A stretch of 64,000 nt of DNA from the NCBI RefSeq assembly GCF_008831285.2, contig NC_045138.2:620001-684000 (forward strand), in the 5' to 3' direction. A program made the translations under genes and the position numbers. Positions 50,897 through 64,000 of the stretch are shown here, one piece after another. The notes below the pieces were generated by a model. That model saw only the letters and a list, made by a program, of their open reading frames with translations. It was not told the origin of the DNA and ran no database searches. Numbering within the stretch: the stretch's first letter is position 1; every line of letters begins with the position of its first letter. This DNA is from Nymphaea colorata (taxonomy: Eukaryota).

Positions 50897-53800
50897 GTGG
50901 CCTTTGCTGCACCTACGTTTTTTGAAAATGCTCTACATCTGTTTCTGCACCTGCACCCATGTGATGATTTCTATTTGAATGTTATGGTGCCAATAAAAAT
51001 GAACAAAATTGTGGAGTAACCAGTATTTACATGGACTTGTATGAACATGGTCCTATTCTGCTAAAGTTTTTCTTTGCAAACCTCAATCAAATAGGATGAC
51101 TTGCCACAAGGAAAACCACGAATGAGTAATATTAACAAAATATAAACTTGTCACAGTCAATATGACAAATTGTATGCAACCTGAAGCCTGACTTATATCA
51201 GCTTCGTAAATGCCATATCCAAGCATTATGTGATCTGCTACTGGTTGGGTTTTGATAATGCCTAACAACTGATACTCATTGAGCAAGGATCCCTAAGCCA
51301 TTTCTTAGCTTTTCATCGCTGCACTTTATATTCCTTTAGGCAGTGATATGATAACCCCATCTTGTAGAAAGTAGCTCGTGGTGAGGTAGGTTTCTCAAAC
51401 TTCCCTATCAAATCGATTAAGATTTGGTGATGAACGATATAACCTGATTTGCTCACTGGAAAGTGACCAAATTGTGGACTGGTCTGTTGAGTTTGTCAGT
51501 TTCTTGCCATATTAGTTATCTTATTTGTATCGCTAGGTTTACATGCTTTTGTATATAGGAAACAGTACAGTTTGATTTTAGCTACATGGTTTTCTTGATT
51601 TGTCAGGGTTTGCATAAGTGTCAAAATCTGTCGACTTCAATATATCTGGTGCTGTTTTTCACATGAGAAGCAGGATTAACTTCTTCTAAATCCATGAAAC
51701 ATTAGAATATTGTTTTCATGCCTTTTTTATCTGTCTGACTTTTTTGGTCAGGTTGGTTCTTGTTCCTGTCCACTATCTTTCAGAGGAAGTCCATATTGGA
51801 TGGCTCCTGAGGTACTATATCTTAAGTTTCATTGTAAGATTGCTTTTATGCTAAGTCACATGGGTACGTGTGCGGTTCAGGTACGGGTACGGAGATATGG
51901 GTGGCGACATGGCAACTTTAGAAAATGTGGGTATGGGGGTACGACGAGAATGTATATATTTATGTACACAAAATAATATAAAATCAAAATGAAAGCAACA
52001 TTTAAGTAAACAAGTGGTTTTAAAATAAAAACATTACATGTTAATGAACAATAACTCTAAAAACATAATGAAAACTGAGTTGAAAAAATTAAATCACATA
52101 AAATTAAGCAGTTTGGTTAGGTTTTGATCTAAAAAGTACCCAAGTACCCACTTTGGGTACGGGTACAGCGACACGGGTACGGGGACCTTATTGAAATACC
52201 CATACAGCGACACGGGTACGGGGACCTTATTGAAGTACCCATAAAAGTGTATTGCTTTCTCATTTCTGACTGTCTTTTGTTCTAATTTGCATTGTTTTTT
52301 CTTCTTGAACAGGTTATAATGAACACCAACGGATATAACTGGGCGGTGGACGTGTGGAGTCTTGGTTGTACAGTTATTGAGATGGCCACATCAAAACCAC
52401 CATGGATACAATATGAAGGGGTTGGGCTTATCCCTTTTTTGTTTTTTTTTTTTAATTTTTAAATTTATGAGTTCATTGCTATTGATGAATTATGTCAGTG
52501 ATAAGTGATTGTTGCCTGCTGTTCTTGTGTTTCATCCTGCATTCACCAGGTTGCTGCAATATTTAAAATTGGAAACAGCAAAGAGATCCCATCAATCCCT
52601 GATCACATATCTGATGAAGGAAAAGACTTCCTGAGGCAATGTCTACAGCGTGATCCATCTGCACGCCCTACTGCTGCAAAACTTATGAACCACCCCTTTG
52701 TAAGAGACCAAGGAATAACAAAAGAACCAAGGATCCAATCTTATACAGACCATGGGACTTCTTCTCCTTACAGCACCCATTCATTGGTATTATTTCAAGA
52801 TTCTGAAAATTTATGTTTTTGACAATGTTAGAAATCATGTACTTTGTTCAATTGGAGGCGAAAGTTTGAAGTATGCTTGAGTTGTTGTTTTGTCCTTTTT
52901 GTCAGAAATAAAGCCATAGTTTTCTTGATAAGGTTTGGTAGAGTAGAATGGTCAAGACTCAAGTAATACAAAAGAGTATGACTATTCTTTGGAAGTTTTC
53001 TACTTTCTATGATTTGGGATGATTATCAAGAGAAGTTCTTTTATTTACTACATCTGCTAGACAATAGAATAGTCCATTGATAATGCCGGTAGAAGGTGCT
53101 GAACTGCTCAACTGGCATCAATACTAGGTCTCGAGGATTGGATATATTCCTTTAATCCTAATCTACATGATTTCAGTTCCATTTATGTTTTAATTTTTTG
53201 AAAGAGTTCAGGATCTAGTATCTTGCAATTTGTCATATTTACAATACTTTACTGGATATTAGTTCTCTTCGAGTATTCACAGGTCAGACAAACTTCCTGG
53301 GTATGATTTATGTGGGCATTCACCTTGTCTGATCATTCTGAGTGAGCGTACAGCTATGACAAATCAAAATCAGAATGATAAGTAGAAAACATCCCAAAAG
53401 CCTTGTTAGTGAGTCTTTGGTGGTTCTAGACCCGATCTATTGCCATGCAGCATTGTAAGGCCAAACATGATATTCTAAATGATAAGTCTAGCCTGCTTAC
53501 GCTCATCAGATACACATTACAATCAAAATGTATCAAAGGAAGGCCCATCTTTGCCTAAATCCCTGGTTTGAATTTCACCAGGTTATGTCTCAACTTGTCA
53601 ATCAATAACAAGAAAAAGTTTCCATCTATCTTGTTCCTGGATTGCTATTTACCTTTTATTAGGCTTACAATCCGTGTTGGCTATCTTGTTCTCTTATATT
53701 GGCTTTTGTTTTGTTTTACAGTCTACTTCTCCTAGGCAGACAAGTATCCAATTGTCTAACAGTGCAAGGATGTCTCCCATGCATGATGGAGATTACAAAC

Positions 53801-54530
53801 CATACCGTTCAATTGGATTCCCAATCTCACATGAGATCTCAAGGTGTGGCTTCTTCATCCTTTCATGTATTCATGGTTTGCATCTTTTTGTCTGGCTTTA
53901 AGTCGATGAATACTACAGGCTTTCAAATTGAAGGTGGCTTAGAATCCAATACCTGGGTTTGCCTCATATAAGAAAATACCGAAGCATCGAAAATACCATG
54001 AGTATAATGGGTGCCCGGTTATAACCAAGGAACAGGATAGGGCATGATAAGCACCCTACCTCATGGTCAGCAAGTTCAACAATGGAAATCTGTAATCATT
54101 CTCTTCATCATTGGGAAAAAATGGCCAAGTCCCAGGATCTAGCTGTTTCAAAAAATCCCAAACTGTAGCTTTCTTCTTGAAAGAGGCATTAGGGCTTACG
54201 CCATGACTGCATTTCAAAAGTATAGCAGCCTTCATGCATACTTTGTCTTTCCCTTGCAGTGGAGCATTGACGTCGAGAAGGAATATGTCATTGCCTGTTT
54301 CTCCTTCATCAAGCCCACTAAGGCAGTTCAAGTCCACCATGGGGAATGGGCCGAGCGGCTGGATCTCACCACCTCATCTGACATCTGTCGCAAGTAGGGG
54401 GGGTGGTTACCCAGCGGAGTACCCGATCCTCCCACGGGTGCAGCTGAATTCGAACCACATCGATCCAGAAATATACCAGATGATGACAACACCAGATGGC
54501 TCGCCGAGAGTCCGAACTGAGTATAGGTAA
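43797..54530 (+). CDS. MAPKKK3: MEKK-family MAP kinase kinase kinase, MAPKKK-alpha/MAPKKK3 type, 736 aa; exons 43797-44155, 45921-46586, 46713-46800, 46937-46999, 49785-49945, 50021-50096, 51752-51811, 52313-52420, 52550-52786, 53722-53843, 54260-54530
   Basis: N-terminus MPAWW. Kinase motifs GRGTFGHVY, CAIKEV, HRDIKGANILV, DFGMAKH, GSPYWMAPEV and DVWSLGCT. C-terminal MSLPVSPSSSPLRQ. All ten introns are GT-AG with consistent phases (2211 nt). Assignment to MAPKKK3 rather than YODA rests on recalled terminal motifs and the short C-terminal tail. Confidence 0.93.
48024..48287. mobile_element. Degenerate hAT-type MITE in MAPKKK intron 4
   Basis: Ends CAGTGTT and AAGACTG. Flanks GTTCACAG / GTTTGCAG can both derive from GTTCGCAG by CpG decay. 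Internal GAATC/GATTC motifs. Confidence 0.6.
48855..49535. repeat. Diverged tandem repeat, ~220-240-bp unit x 3, in MAPKKK intron 4
   Basis: The anchor GGTCRACTCTGAT...GAACATTATCCTTGCAA...TACACC recurs near 48868, 49086 and 49329. Confidence 0.9.
51851..52241. mobile_element. hAT-like MITE relic (CTAAGTCACATGGGTAC end, GGGTAC motifs) with a terminal 39-bp tandem duplication
   Basis: GGGTAC motifs at both ends. TACAGCGACACGGGTACGGGGACCTTATTGAARTACCCA is repeated at 52164 and 52203. The right terminal repeat is missing. Confidence 0.55.
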
Positions 54531-55676
54531 TTTATCTTTCAAGGGGTTCCAAGGGTAATGGACGGGCAGAGTAGAGACGACACTATATAATATCTGCTGC
54601 ATTCAAAAGCCATATCTAACTTGCCATGAGTTTTCTCTTTCACCTTTTTCGGAAAGAGCATCATCCTTTTGGAGGGTTGTGATTTCTCTGGTGTGGCTAC
54701 AAGATCCCATACTGTTAAGCATTCATGGCAGTCTCGGCCCTCGTGTTTCCAATAATCTGATGAGAAGATACTTCCTTTTTAGTTCAGTTGTCTGTACAGA
54801 GAAAATGCTGTATTGAAAAAAATATAGAAGCTATGAATTGCTTTCTAAGGTTCGCCATTTTTTTCAACTTGCACTATTCACATAAAATCTCTTGACTTTT
54901 ATTGGATATTCACAATTTCTCGCTGGAAAACCTACTTAAGGGGCCAGTTGTGTGTGTGTGTGTGTGTTTTGTGTGCATGCCTGATCCAGAACTTACTAAA
55001 GAAAAAGGCTATGAGCTGAAGGCAGTAGGCAGCTGGGTCAGGTCTGAAGACGAAGAGGTTTCACCTGTACTTTTATGAAGCCTTCTTTATGATCATGTGT
55101 ATGCACGAGCTGACTCATTAAACGACAAGTTTTTACAGCACTAGAAAAGTTGGGTTACCTGAATGGGGACTCAACTCCCTCCGGTTTGAAGATCAATCTT
55201 GCGCTGGATGGATACGCTGGGATTTCGTCCGTACCCTTGCGCAAGTAGCTGCCTTTATTTGCTCCATGTCTGGCCTTGAATATGGTCGCCGATATTCATT
55301 GTAGTTGAACTTTCCTGCTGTTCTTTTTGGTTTTTCCTCGCAACATCTGTACATATTGTCTGGGGGTTGAGATCAGGTCATTACCTGTGCGTGTCGCTTT
55401 GCAACTTGAACCGCATATTTAGTCTTGGTCCAGTTAATGTGCCGACGAGGGTACCCTGACAACCATGTGAAATGGGTGGCCATCTGATCTCAATCCCACT
55501 GTTTAGTTGTTTTGTTGTTACGACTCTTCAAGACACCCTTCATGGTGTATGTGTGGATTGCCTAACAGGTCAGAGCGGTTGACATATTGGAATTGTGTGT
55601 GAGTAGTCCGTGTGTGCATGCACTTACTGCACAAGCCAAGAGCAAAGTATTTATTGGGGTCATGTTATATATGTAA

Positions 55677-56486
55677 GGGGCGTTTGGTAATAGGAACATT
55701 ATGAAACATAATTTGAATATATTTATGAAACATTGTTAGTGTTCTTGTTCCATCTGTTTTACATTAAGCAATACGTGGACTAACTCTCAATATAGCAGTA
55801 AAAGCATCGCGTGTAGCTAGATTGACTCATCAAGTTTATGATCTACACAAAAAAATTAAAGCACTTGTCATTTGTTGATTATTTGGGGCATCTCCAAAAC
55901 GTTGAGGTCCAAATATGGTTTTCAAATTAAGTTTTGAATTAGTTGATGCTACCAGGGGGAGTGGCGATGCCATATGCAAAAAGAAATAGACTGGTATAAT
56001 GGCAGAAGATAATATAGTTTTTGCATATTTTAGTTGATCCACGAATAGGATCAAACGTTACTGCATGGCATTTCCATAGGATTCCTCTTTTTTATTCTTA
56101 AGCAAGCTCCCGAGAGGGCTTAGTTGCTCTATGATTTATGTAATATCTTTCTTCTCATTCGTTTTGAGAAACATTCAATTTTGATTATTGCATTTTGTTA
56201 TCAAGCAACCCCTATAAATTTTTTGGTAGCAGGAACACTATGAATGTTTAACGAATATGCTTTAATCAATTTTGGGGGTTTATTTGTTAAACATTCATAA
56301 AGTATTTTTGCTATCAAATGACCTCTTATAAGTCGTTTGGCACCCATAACAGATTGTTAATATCTAATGATTCTATCCCAAAATTTGGAGCAAGTTCATG
56401 AAACACTATGTTGTAGGGTTTGATGAATCTGCCCAAAATTTTGGAGCAGTTTCATTAGATAGTAACAAAATGACAAACGACCTCTT
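55677..56486. mobile_element. Cluster of Tourist (PIF/Harbinger)-like MITE relics
   Basis: Ends such as TAA-GGGGCGTTTGGTA, TATCAAATGACCTC-TTA and GTCGTTTGGCA...ACAAACGACCTC-TTA, with TAA/TTA flanks. Confidence 0.5.
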
Positions 56487-59400
56487 AAGGAATCACCACT
56501 GCTCCTAAAAGGGAAAGGACAAGGATATCCCTTGACCTCCTCAGAAGATACAATGGGATAGGTTGAGGTAGTTTTTATGTGTGACTGATGATTCACATCC
56601 GTAGGGACTTGGCCCTTTTTGTGGGTATCGGGCCATCTAAAAAAAAAGGGACGTTCCTCATATTGGACTTTGGTGCTGCACAAACTAAGAGTTCGCTCTC
56701 AAATATTTGGCTCGGCAAAGTTAACTGGTTCTCTCTCTCTCTCTCTCTCTCTCTCATTCATATGTGGAGAAAGGTCCATGTTTTTTCATTGAAAGCAAGG
56801 AAAAGATTAGGTGGGTATTGGTTTCATATATCAAACAACGAGTATTCATTTGCCAGTCACAACCTCAATTATTTCCCATGCATAGAAACTATAGGCCAGC
56901 TTGGATGAAATCTAGACTAGCACTTTCAAGAGATTTGCTCTCTTAATTGGCAGTTGTTCACAATTATGGTCATGTCTGTTGCTTCTTATTTGGATGATGT
57001 TAATGGAAGCATATAGACTCGATTCTCTTTGAGGTTTTTTTTTAGTTCATCAAAACATTGTCGCAAACATCATTCTCGCTTATTTTTCAGAAAAAATTGT
57101 CTGTCTTAGGAAAATCTTGAGAAAAACTAGAAAACCTTTAAAAAAATGAAAAAATAGGTGAAAATGAAATAAATAAGAAAACATAAAGAGATAGATAAAA
57201 CTGACAAAAAGAATGTTTTAGTGATGACAAAATGATGAAAAATAATTTAATTAAGGTTTAAACTTGACTTCATGATGATATCAACGTTAAAAAGAGAAAA
57301 ATGAAAAGAGAGGAACACATTCTTTTTTGTGAAAACAACAAGATAACTATATTTCCCGTTTTCTCAAAAATCATGATTTTTCTGTTTCATTTTTTTAAAG
57401 TTTTTCTTGTTCATATCAGAATATCTTCAAAAATATCACGATATCTATGACGCTGGTTGAAAGTCACAGCTTAAGCAGGCAGTGGGTTTCACAACTAGAG
57501 GACTTAGATCCATGTTGCCTTATGAAAACTACATATTCATTGTCAAAAAGTTTTTTTTTTCTTTTTTTGAATTGGGATTGGTTTTGGACCACAAAATCCA
57601 CAGTTTTAAGATCCCACGGGTCTATCATAGCCTCGGATCTCACATGCGGACCTATCAAAACATAGGCTTAGTGGGCCAAGCCTACCTCCAGGTTGGCTGA
57701 ACCGCGGGCCGAGCCGAAAACCAATCCCTTACAGATCCACTTGCAAAAAAAGTCTCAGCTGCCATTGTACTGTAATGGAATAGTAAGTCTCTCTCTCACT
57801 CTCTCACATTAAAGCAGATGCATGCATGAGCACTCCCATTCTCTCTTTCATATAATTTTAAACAATTAACATGTCTAAAATGTTTTTTTTTTCTTGTGGT
57901 CTTAAATTCTGATGGTAAGAAAATTTGAAGATTTGAGGCCAAATTCATGAGTCGTGTCTGAATTCTTTGCAGCATGAAATCAATGGATTTTGAGCGGTGT
58001 ACTGCTTTGAAGAAACGGGGTGCAATTGATTTGCTCTGATTCGATGATGGTCCATGTGCCTTTGAAAATCGAAACAAAAAGATGACGGACCGAACTGGCA
58101 AGTGTAATAACAGTACAAGAGTTGGTTGGATTCTGATAGGCCTGTAATAAATTCATCAACTTTTATAATTTATTTCCTCCGAAAGTTTGTAATGAATTCA
58201 TGAACTTTCGAAAGTTTTTAACTTCGTAGTTGCATAAGCAAGTATTCGGCGTTTTCTCAAAAGAACAACGAAAAAGAGGAACGGAAGGCAAACAAAAGAA
58301 GTGCAAAATTTGTTATGTTTTGAAAACAAAGAAGTGCCAAAGTAAAACTATTATTGCTTTTTCAAGAACTTTTATTAAACCTTTTGAAGTTACTATTTTT
58401 AATCTAATATCTGTTTTGGATTTTCATCAACGTTTATGTAAGGAAAATAGCAGAGAACTGACTTTTCCATAATTATTTTATTATTATATATTAAACCCTC
58501 AAACTTTGAGGAAACCATGTAGACTGTCAGTTCAAACAGGTCAGAGACTCAGATGGTATGGTTTAAGTTTTTATTTATTTATTTATTTAGGGGGCCAAAA
58601 GCTCCTCTTTTTCCCATGCCTCCTAGGTCCAAGGCCTCATCGATGCCTGGGATAGAGTGGTTTTTGTAAATGTAGAGACTAAACTGTTTGTTGAAAACCC
58701 AAAATACTCTCAAAATGGGAATGAGTTTTCCTCTTTTTCTTTTTCTATTCTATTTGAAGGATGTTTTAGACTTTTAAGAAAAATAGATTGACTTTTATGT
58801 TTGCAACTTAATCTTTAAATTTCTCAGGTGGCCTTGAGGAGATCCTTCCTAGAGAGAGGGATCCAGCTTCTCTATTTCTCATATGTATTCATATTTTCTG
58901 AAGAGCTTCGTTCCTTTTAACTTCTTAGTTAGTGAGTGAATGGTGCAATTCACTAATGAGGGTTGTCAGATTATCGAGAGAAAAACAATGAAAAAAATAT
59001 GAGCTAATAGTAGATGATGAAAATGTCCATCACATTTTTTTTTTCCCTCAACAATCTATCATCATAGGTTTGACTATGCCTTTCCTTTTTCTCTCTCCAA
59101 TTAGGACCAATATTGGAAGCAAACTCATCTAGTCTTCTCTAGCCACACTTGCAAGGCCAAAGCCTCGGTTGATATGCATGTATCCGATTTGTCGATGCAA
59201 TATGAGGGATGGTATAGCCCCTTCCGAAATCGGCCGACTGAGTCTGAATTGGCTCGTATAGCCATATGAAGTGTCGTAACTCTGGTCATAAATAAGACTT
59301 TCAAACCTGCCTCTAAGGTTCTGGTTTGCTTTTAGGCCCTAATTGCTTTTAGGCCCTAACAAACTTACGGTTTTTAGTGTCGCACTTGCCAGTTGCCACT

Positions 59401-60502
59401 GCTTGCAGTACAGAGGAATAACACACCGGAGCGTGACAATAGCCATGGGAATATGGGATTCTGAATCGTCATGGTACTTGGTTGCACTGCACCCCTTAAG
59501 GCCAAACATACCCTTCATTTGATTTTGATTAGGTGATACATCTCTTGTCTGCGTCTCTAGCCCCAAAAAAAAAAAAAAACTGTTTTTGACGTTGCAACTT
59601 GATTAGTGCCATGCATGATCCTCTTAAGATAAACATGGAATCTGAGTAGAGTAGATTTTAAATACATGCTAGATGTAACAAAAAAAAAAGGATTTTAAGG
59701 TCGGATTCTTTGGAGGAAAGTGGATCCAACCTCAAATCAATGAATCTAAGATCTTTAGTAAACTCAGATCACCACAATTTTCAAATCCAAGGTAAACAAA
59801 CGTGACCCTTTAATGAAAACAATTTAGCTCCATCATTGATACACTACATGTAAACAAAAAATAGTTTTAAAAAATTCGTACTTTTGCTTCTTCTTTTTTT
59901 CGTAGAGGTCAATACAACGACATGCCCATCCACAATCCAAAACCACAAAAAAAAATTCTTATTCACCAACTATTAATAGTATTATTTAAGATTTTGTCAC
60001 AAAAAAATTTTTAGGGGCCAAACCACTTAATAGAGCAATAACAAACTCATTAATAAATAGTTAATCACTATTCTAATATTAAGAATCATAAAATTTTGAT
60101 TGACTGTCTATTTTACCTAAGCTTAAACTAGTTCTTTAAGTCAAATACGAAAAATGTAGGAAGTGAAATTTGGAATTTGAGCCCTAAATTGTTTTTTCTA
60201 AACCAGATGCTCTTTAAACAATTGTTTGCCCAATTTCAGATTATTATGTCACTTCGGTACTCTATTTGCTTTGCTAGAAATCATGTTTGTGCCCAATTGG
60301 ATTCGAGCACGAGTGTGACTGTGAATAACCTGGAATTTTAGCGGTGGGTTTTGGCGGAAGAAATGGGAAGTCAGCGGCCTTTGCCTAGATCACTGGAAGG
60401 AAGGGAAGAAGTGTTGCTTTTGCCCCTTTCCTTCCTGGTTTTTCTTTTTTAATAATTAGCTGGAGAAGGAAGAACTGTCAACTGAGGAAGCTGATTGGGC
60501 TT

Positions 60503-60775
60503 CTATATATCTCTCTCCCTCTCTCACACACACACAGACTCAATTTGGTTGTCTAGTGGGAGGGTGGGGAACGAGAACATTCGGGAAAGGCAGATGGCGA
60601 TGACCGATGAAGTGTTGTGACTTTCAAAGGCATCGGAAGAAACGAACTACTTATCTAGGAGACAAGGTGGTCATCCCTCAAAATCAAGAACAGAGAGGAG
60701 GAAGAAGACGGAGAAGGAGAGAGAAAAAGGGAGAAGGAACCGAGCATCTGATGTGGGGGTCATTGCCAAGTAAGC
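60503..60775 (+). promoter_or_regulatory. Probable RTE1 core promoter and non-coding first exon; a leader intron is predicted at 60770-63357
   Basis: CTATATAT at about 60503 followed by a CT/CA patch and a purine-rich leader. Donor AA|GTAAGC at 60770, T-rich intron, acceptor TTTTCAG| at 63357. Confidence 0.55.
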
Positions 60776-63492
60776 GCGTAATGAGTATCGGGGTTTTCAA
60801 CGTCTTTTCATATTATTACACAATTATTTTTGTTCTGGTTGCCGCTGTTGTGATGTATTGATGGGCAGACAGGTCGCAGGAATTTTGGCACCTTCTCGTT
60901 TCTTTTTTTCTGTCCCCTGCTTCTGCTAATCTCTGTTTTTGTTTCATATATTAGCCATGGAATGACGTTGGTAGTAACAAAATGGAGTTTGCCTTCGTCG
61001 CCCTTGAATATATATGCATATTTCTTTCTAAGAATTTGATGCAGGCCGTTGCTGGATTAAAAAGTCGGCGATCGTCTCTTTTCTTCTTCTTCTTCTTCCT
61101 CTTCTTTTGAGATGCGATGCCCAAATGGTCTCTTATCCTTCCTCTGTGTCCTTCTACATAGAGTCATTGATTGAAGAATAATGTTTGATCAGATTCTGCT
61201 TTCGTCGTGTATGGTGCGTGACTTTTGGTAGATCCTGCTGCCCATGAAAAATTTTACGGTTTTCTTGTTATTGTGCTCACAATAACATAGTTACGAGTCT
61301 TCTTTCATTTATACACTCTTGACTATATAGCTACTCCTGACTAGTGGTAAGACCTCCGTTGGCAGGTATATATGTATGCTAAGATCTGTTAGTTGAACCA
61401 ATATGCTTTTCTTGTTTTTGGTTGGTTCCTGTGAAGCTTATTCGCTATTTGTGCCGAATGTTCTTCAAGCCCAGTTCGATATGCTAGAACCTAGACCATC
61501 AGTCTGCATTGCTGTGGTAAATGTATTTTGAGATATGAGAAGGCTGTGACTGGAGTTGGCAAGAATGAGCAATGGCAAGTAATTGCTCAACTTAACTTCT
61601 GTTTCTTGTGAATCACTGAATTGTCTTGGTAATTGTCCATGATTGTAGAACACGGAGATCATAGTTTCTGGAATTACTCTGCAAAAGAATCAAACTGAAA
61701 ACAATGAAGTTGGAATGTCAGAAATTCCAATTCTGGTGATTGAGAATTCCTATCAACTTGGGAATCCCTATTCCTTCAGGAATCTAATATCCTATTGCAG
61801 GGGATTAATTTAGATTCACACAATTAAGAATCATGCGGGCACCAATATTTACAGGAGCAGTAATTCTTACAACACGGGAGTTCTTCCTCACATGATTGAA
61901 AATCCCAATATGGAAATATGAGTTTGTGAGGAAGTCCAGGTTCTGTGGATTGATAATAGTGAGAGTCCTGATTTTAACATTAATTTTGTGGTGTGAAAAT
62001 TGGGGTTCCCATGGTGTGGATTGATGTCACTCAGTGATCTGGACGGTTGACATCCTATACTAGAGATCAGGACTACTCCTTCAACAGTTCTACTGCGTCT
62101 GAAAGTTCTCATTTTGTGTTCTTATATTCAAATATTTCTTCCTAAGTGATTCCACCCACATACCACGTACTGGGTTGCAAACTTGATAGTTTGGACGAAG
62201 AATTTGAAAAGCCAATAGATGCAGAAAAGGTGCATGATTTGCCAAATTAGTTATTCCAAAACCATCATGCTTCTATCATGATATTGGATGAATTCAGTTG
62301 TTTTGTGTTATCAATGGTTCTTGCTATATTTACATTTTTATGTGCAACATGTAGGATGGCATCTGTTGAAGAACTTTTCAGAAAAACCAAATATTTAAAT
62401 GTAATGTTGGATTTTTGCTGCCTGAGATTCATCCGAAAATGAGACTAGTTTCAGTATGTTCATACTTACTTCCTGCTTCTAGAATATCCCTTTACAAGTT
62501 TGAAATTTAAGTGCTTTGAAGTTCTGATTCCAATACAGCTTCCTGAATATGATTACGGTTTTGAGAATCATGGGTGTGTTCAGCTTTATTCACATGTACT
62601 TGCTTTATGACTTGGTGTTTGTTTTGGTACTGATTTTTTAGGTTTTTTCGACCATTGTTCATGATTCTGGCCTCATCATATGTGCTCTTATTGATCAGTG
62701 TCACCGTTAAGTTTCTGACTTACGGTTCTGAGGCATTTGGTACAACGTGAAATAGAATAATTCAGAACTTTGGGGCATTATACCCAAAGTTTACGTCTCT
62801 GGCACCATCACAATATAGCATGTATGGACTTGTTCAAGCCCCCTCTTGGGATCCCCTTCTTGGGATCAGAGACAGAAGGAAATGGTTGTTTAAGGCATTG
62901 CATGAAGATTTTCTTAGATGCTTGATCCAATTTTGATCAAGATTCCTATTTGCAAATTTGGACTCCTTTGTCATACGTTCTTGTCTGAACTATATCCCTA
63001 TTTTGTTGATATGTTCTTGTCCTTTATTATTCAAGCTTGATACTAGTTTAACCTATTCACTGAATTTGTACTTTGTTTGTTGCCATCAATTCTTTCTGTT
63101 CTTACTTCATTATGATTATCACTGCTGGAAACTGTCTTTGACCCTCGAGTCAACAAAGTTTTTGTTCAAAGACAATGCTAGATATTCTTTCATGAACTGA
63201 ATTTACTTTCCTATAGGTTAACCTAGAATGCTTATTAAATGTGTTGTCATATTTAGGAACCTTCACTTATATCTGCTACAGTGTTTTAATGCTTATGGTG
63301 GTATATATCATCTTGTATTAGTTAAACTCACATTTCTTTTGACATCACAATTTTCAGGTTTTCCTGTTGGTAAAAGTGCATCAGTAAGTAAAATATCGTG
63401 ATCCAGATTCGAATGGAAATATAAATTACTTTATCACTGATTTGAAAGTTGAAGCCTGTATGACCTGAGGTCTTTAATCAGAAAAGTTAGTA

Positions 63493-63771
63493 ATGGAACT
63501 AACTGATAATACTGTTTCTGAGAATCCACATCAAAGAATGCTTGACGAGAAGTGGCCACTCCCCCCCATGGATCCTAAAAGAGCCAGATTTCCGTGCTGC
63601 ATAGTCTGGACTCCTCTTCCTATAGTCTCTTGGTTGGCTCCTTTTATTGGACATGTCGGTATAGCGAAAGAGGATGGGACCATATTGGACTTTGCAGGTT
63701 CCAATTTTGTTAATGTGGACAATTTTGCATTTGGTGCAGTGGCAAGGTACATCCAACTTGATAGAGAAAAG
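63493..63771 (+). CDS. RTE1: REVERSION-TO-ETHYLENE SENSITIVITY1 (RTE1/Green-Ripe, TMEM222 family), first coding exon; the gene continues beyond the window
   Basis: [73 protein letters not shown]. The WLAPFIGH and FAGSNF motifs fit RTE1 better than RTH. Donor AG|GTATGA at 63772. Confidence 0.93.
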
Positions 63772-64000
63772 GTATGATACATCCTGGAATTGATTGTCAT
63801 CATTGAACTTCTATTTAATTTATACCTTTTTCTTTCTAAACCTGAGTGTGATATTGAGTTGGTTTTCCTGATATTTTTGTAATTGAGCTTCCTGCCTTCT
63901 GATAGAGGTTAAGCACCGCTCATTTTCCAGATACACCAAAATGCCACTCATATGTTACTAACGTTCACGAAATGCTCTGAACATGTACCTTTGAGGGGAT

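Noticed and set aside
50940..50965. TGCACCTGCACC resembling miR530
   Set aside because: Partial match only, no star arm, and it resembles the subterminal motif of a decayed hAT-type MITE.
51092..51105. AGGATGACTTGCC resembling miR169
   Set aside because: Only 13 nt match, the 5' CAGCCA/TAGCCA is absent and there is no hairpin partner.

Overview
Flowering-plant nuclear DNA (species not determined), with GT-AG introns, many microsatellites and many transposon relics. Five host genes can be built exon by exon. On the minus strand: the first three coding exons of an SDN5-like 3'-5' RNA exonuclease, which runs off the left edge through an intron holding a Gypsy-type LTR end, and a complete gamma-secretase subunit PEN-2. 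On the plus strand: a chloroplast thioredoxin m, an 11-exon MAPKKK-alpha/MAPKKK3-type kinase, and the first coding exon of RTE1. PEN-2 intron 2 (~9.8 kb) holds an intact Ty1/Copia retrotransposon (8022-13425) with 222-bp LTRs that look identical, a 5-bp target-site duplication (TSD), a primer-binding site, a polypurine tract and an open 1408-aa polyprotein. That polyprotein carries a predicted protease-spanning intron that would yield a short GAG. The ~20 kb with no recognisable gene between TRX-m and the kinase contains hAT- and Tourist-type MITEs, an old ~2.1-kb tandem duplication whose best-conserved part is a miRNA-like hairpin, a 71-bp plastid 16S rRNA fragment and two CpG-rich patches. 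I see no clear new multi-gene system. The best leads are the duplicated hairpin, the young retrotransposon inside PEN-2, the duplicated PEN-2 3' end and the uORF-rich leaders. All comparisons were made by eye; no database searches or folding programs were run.
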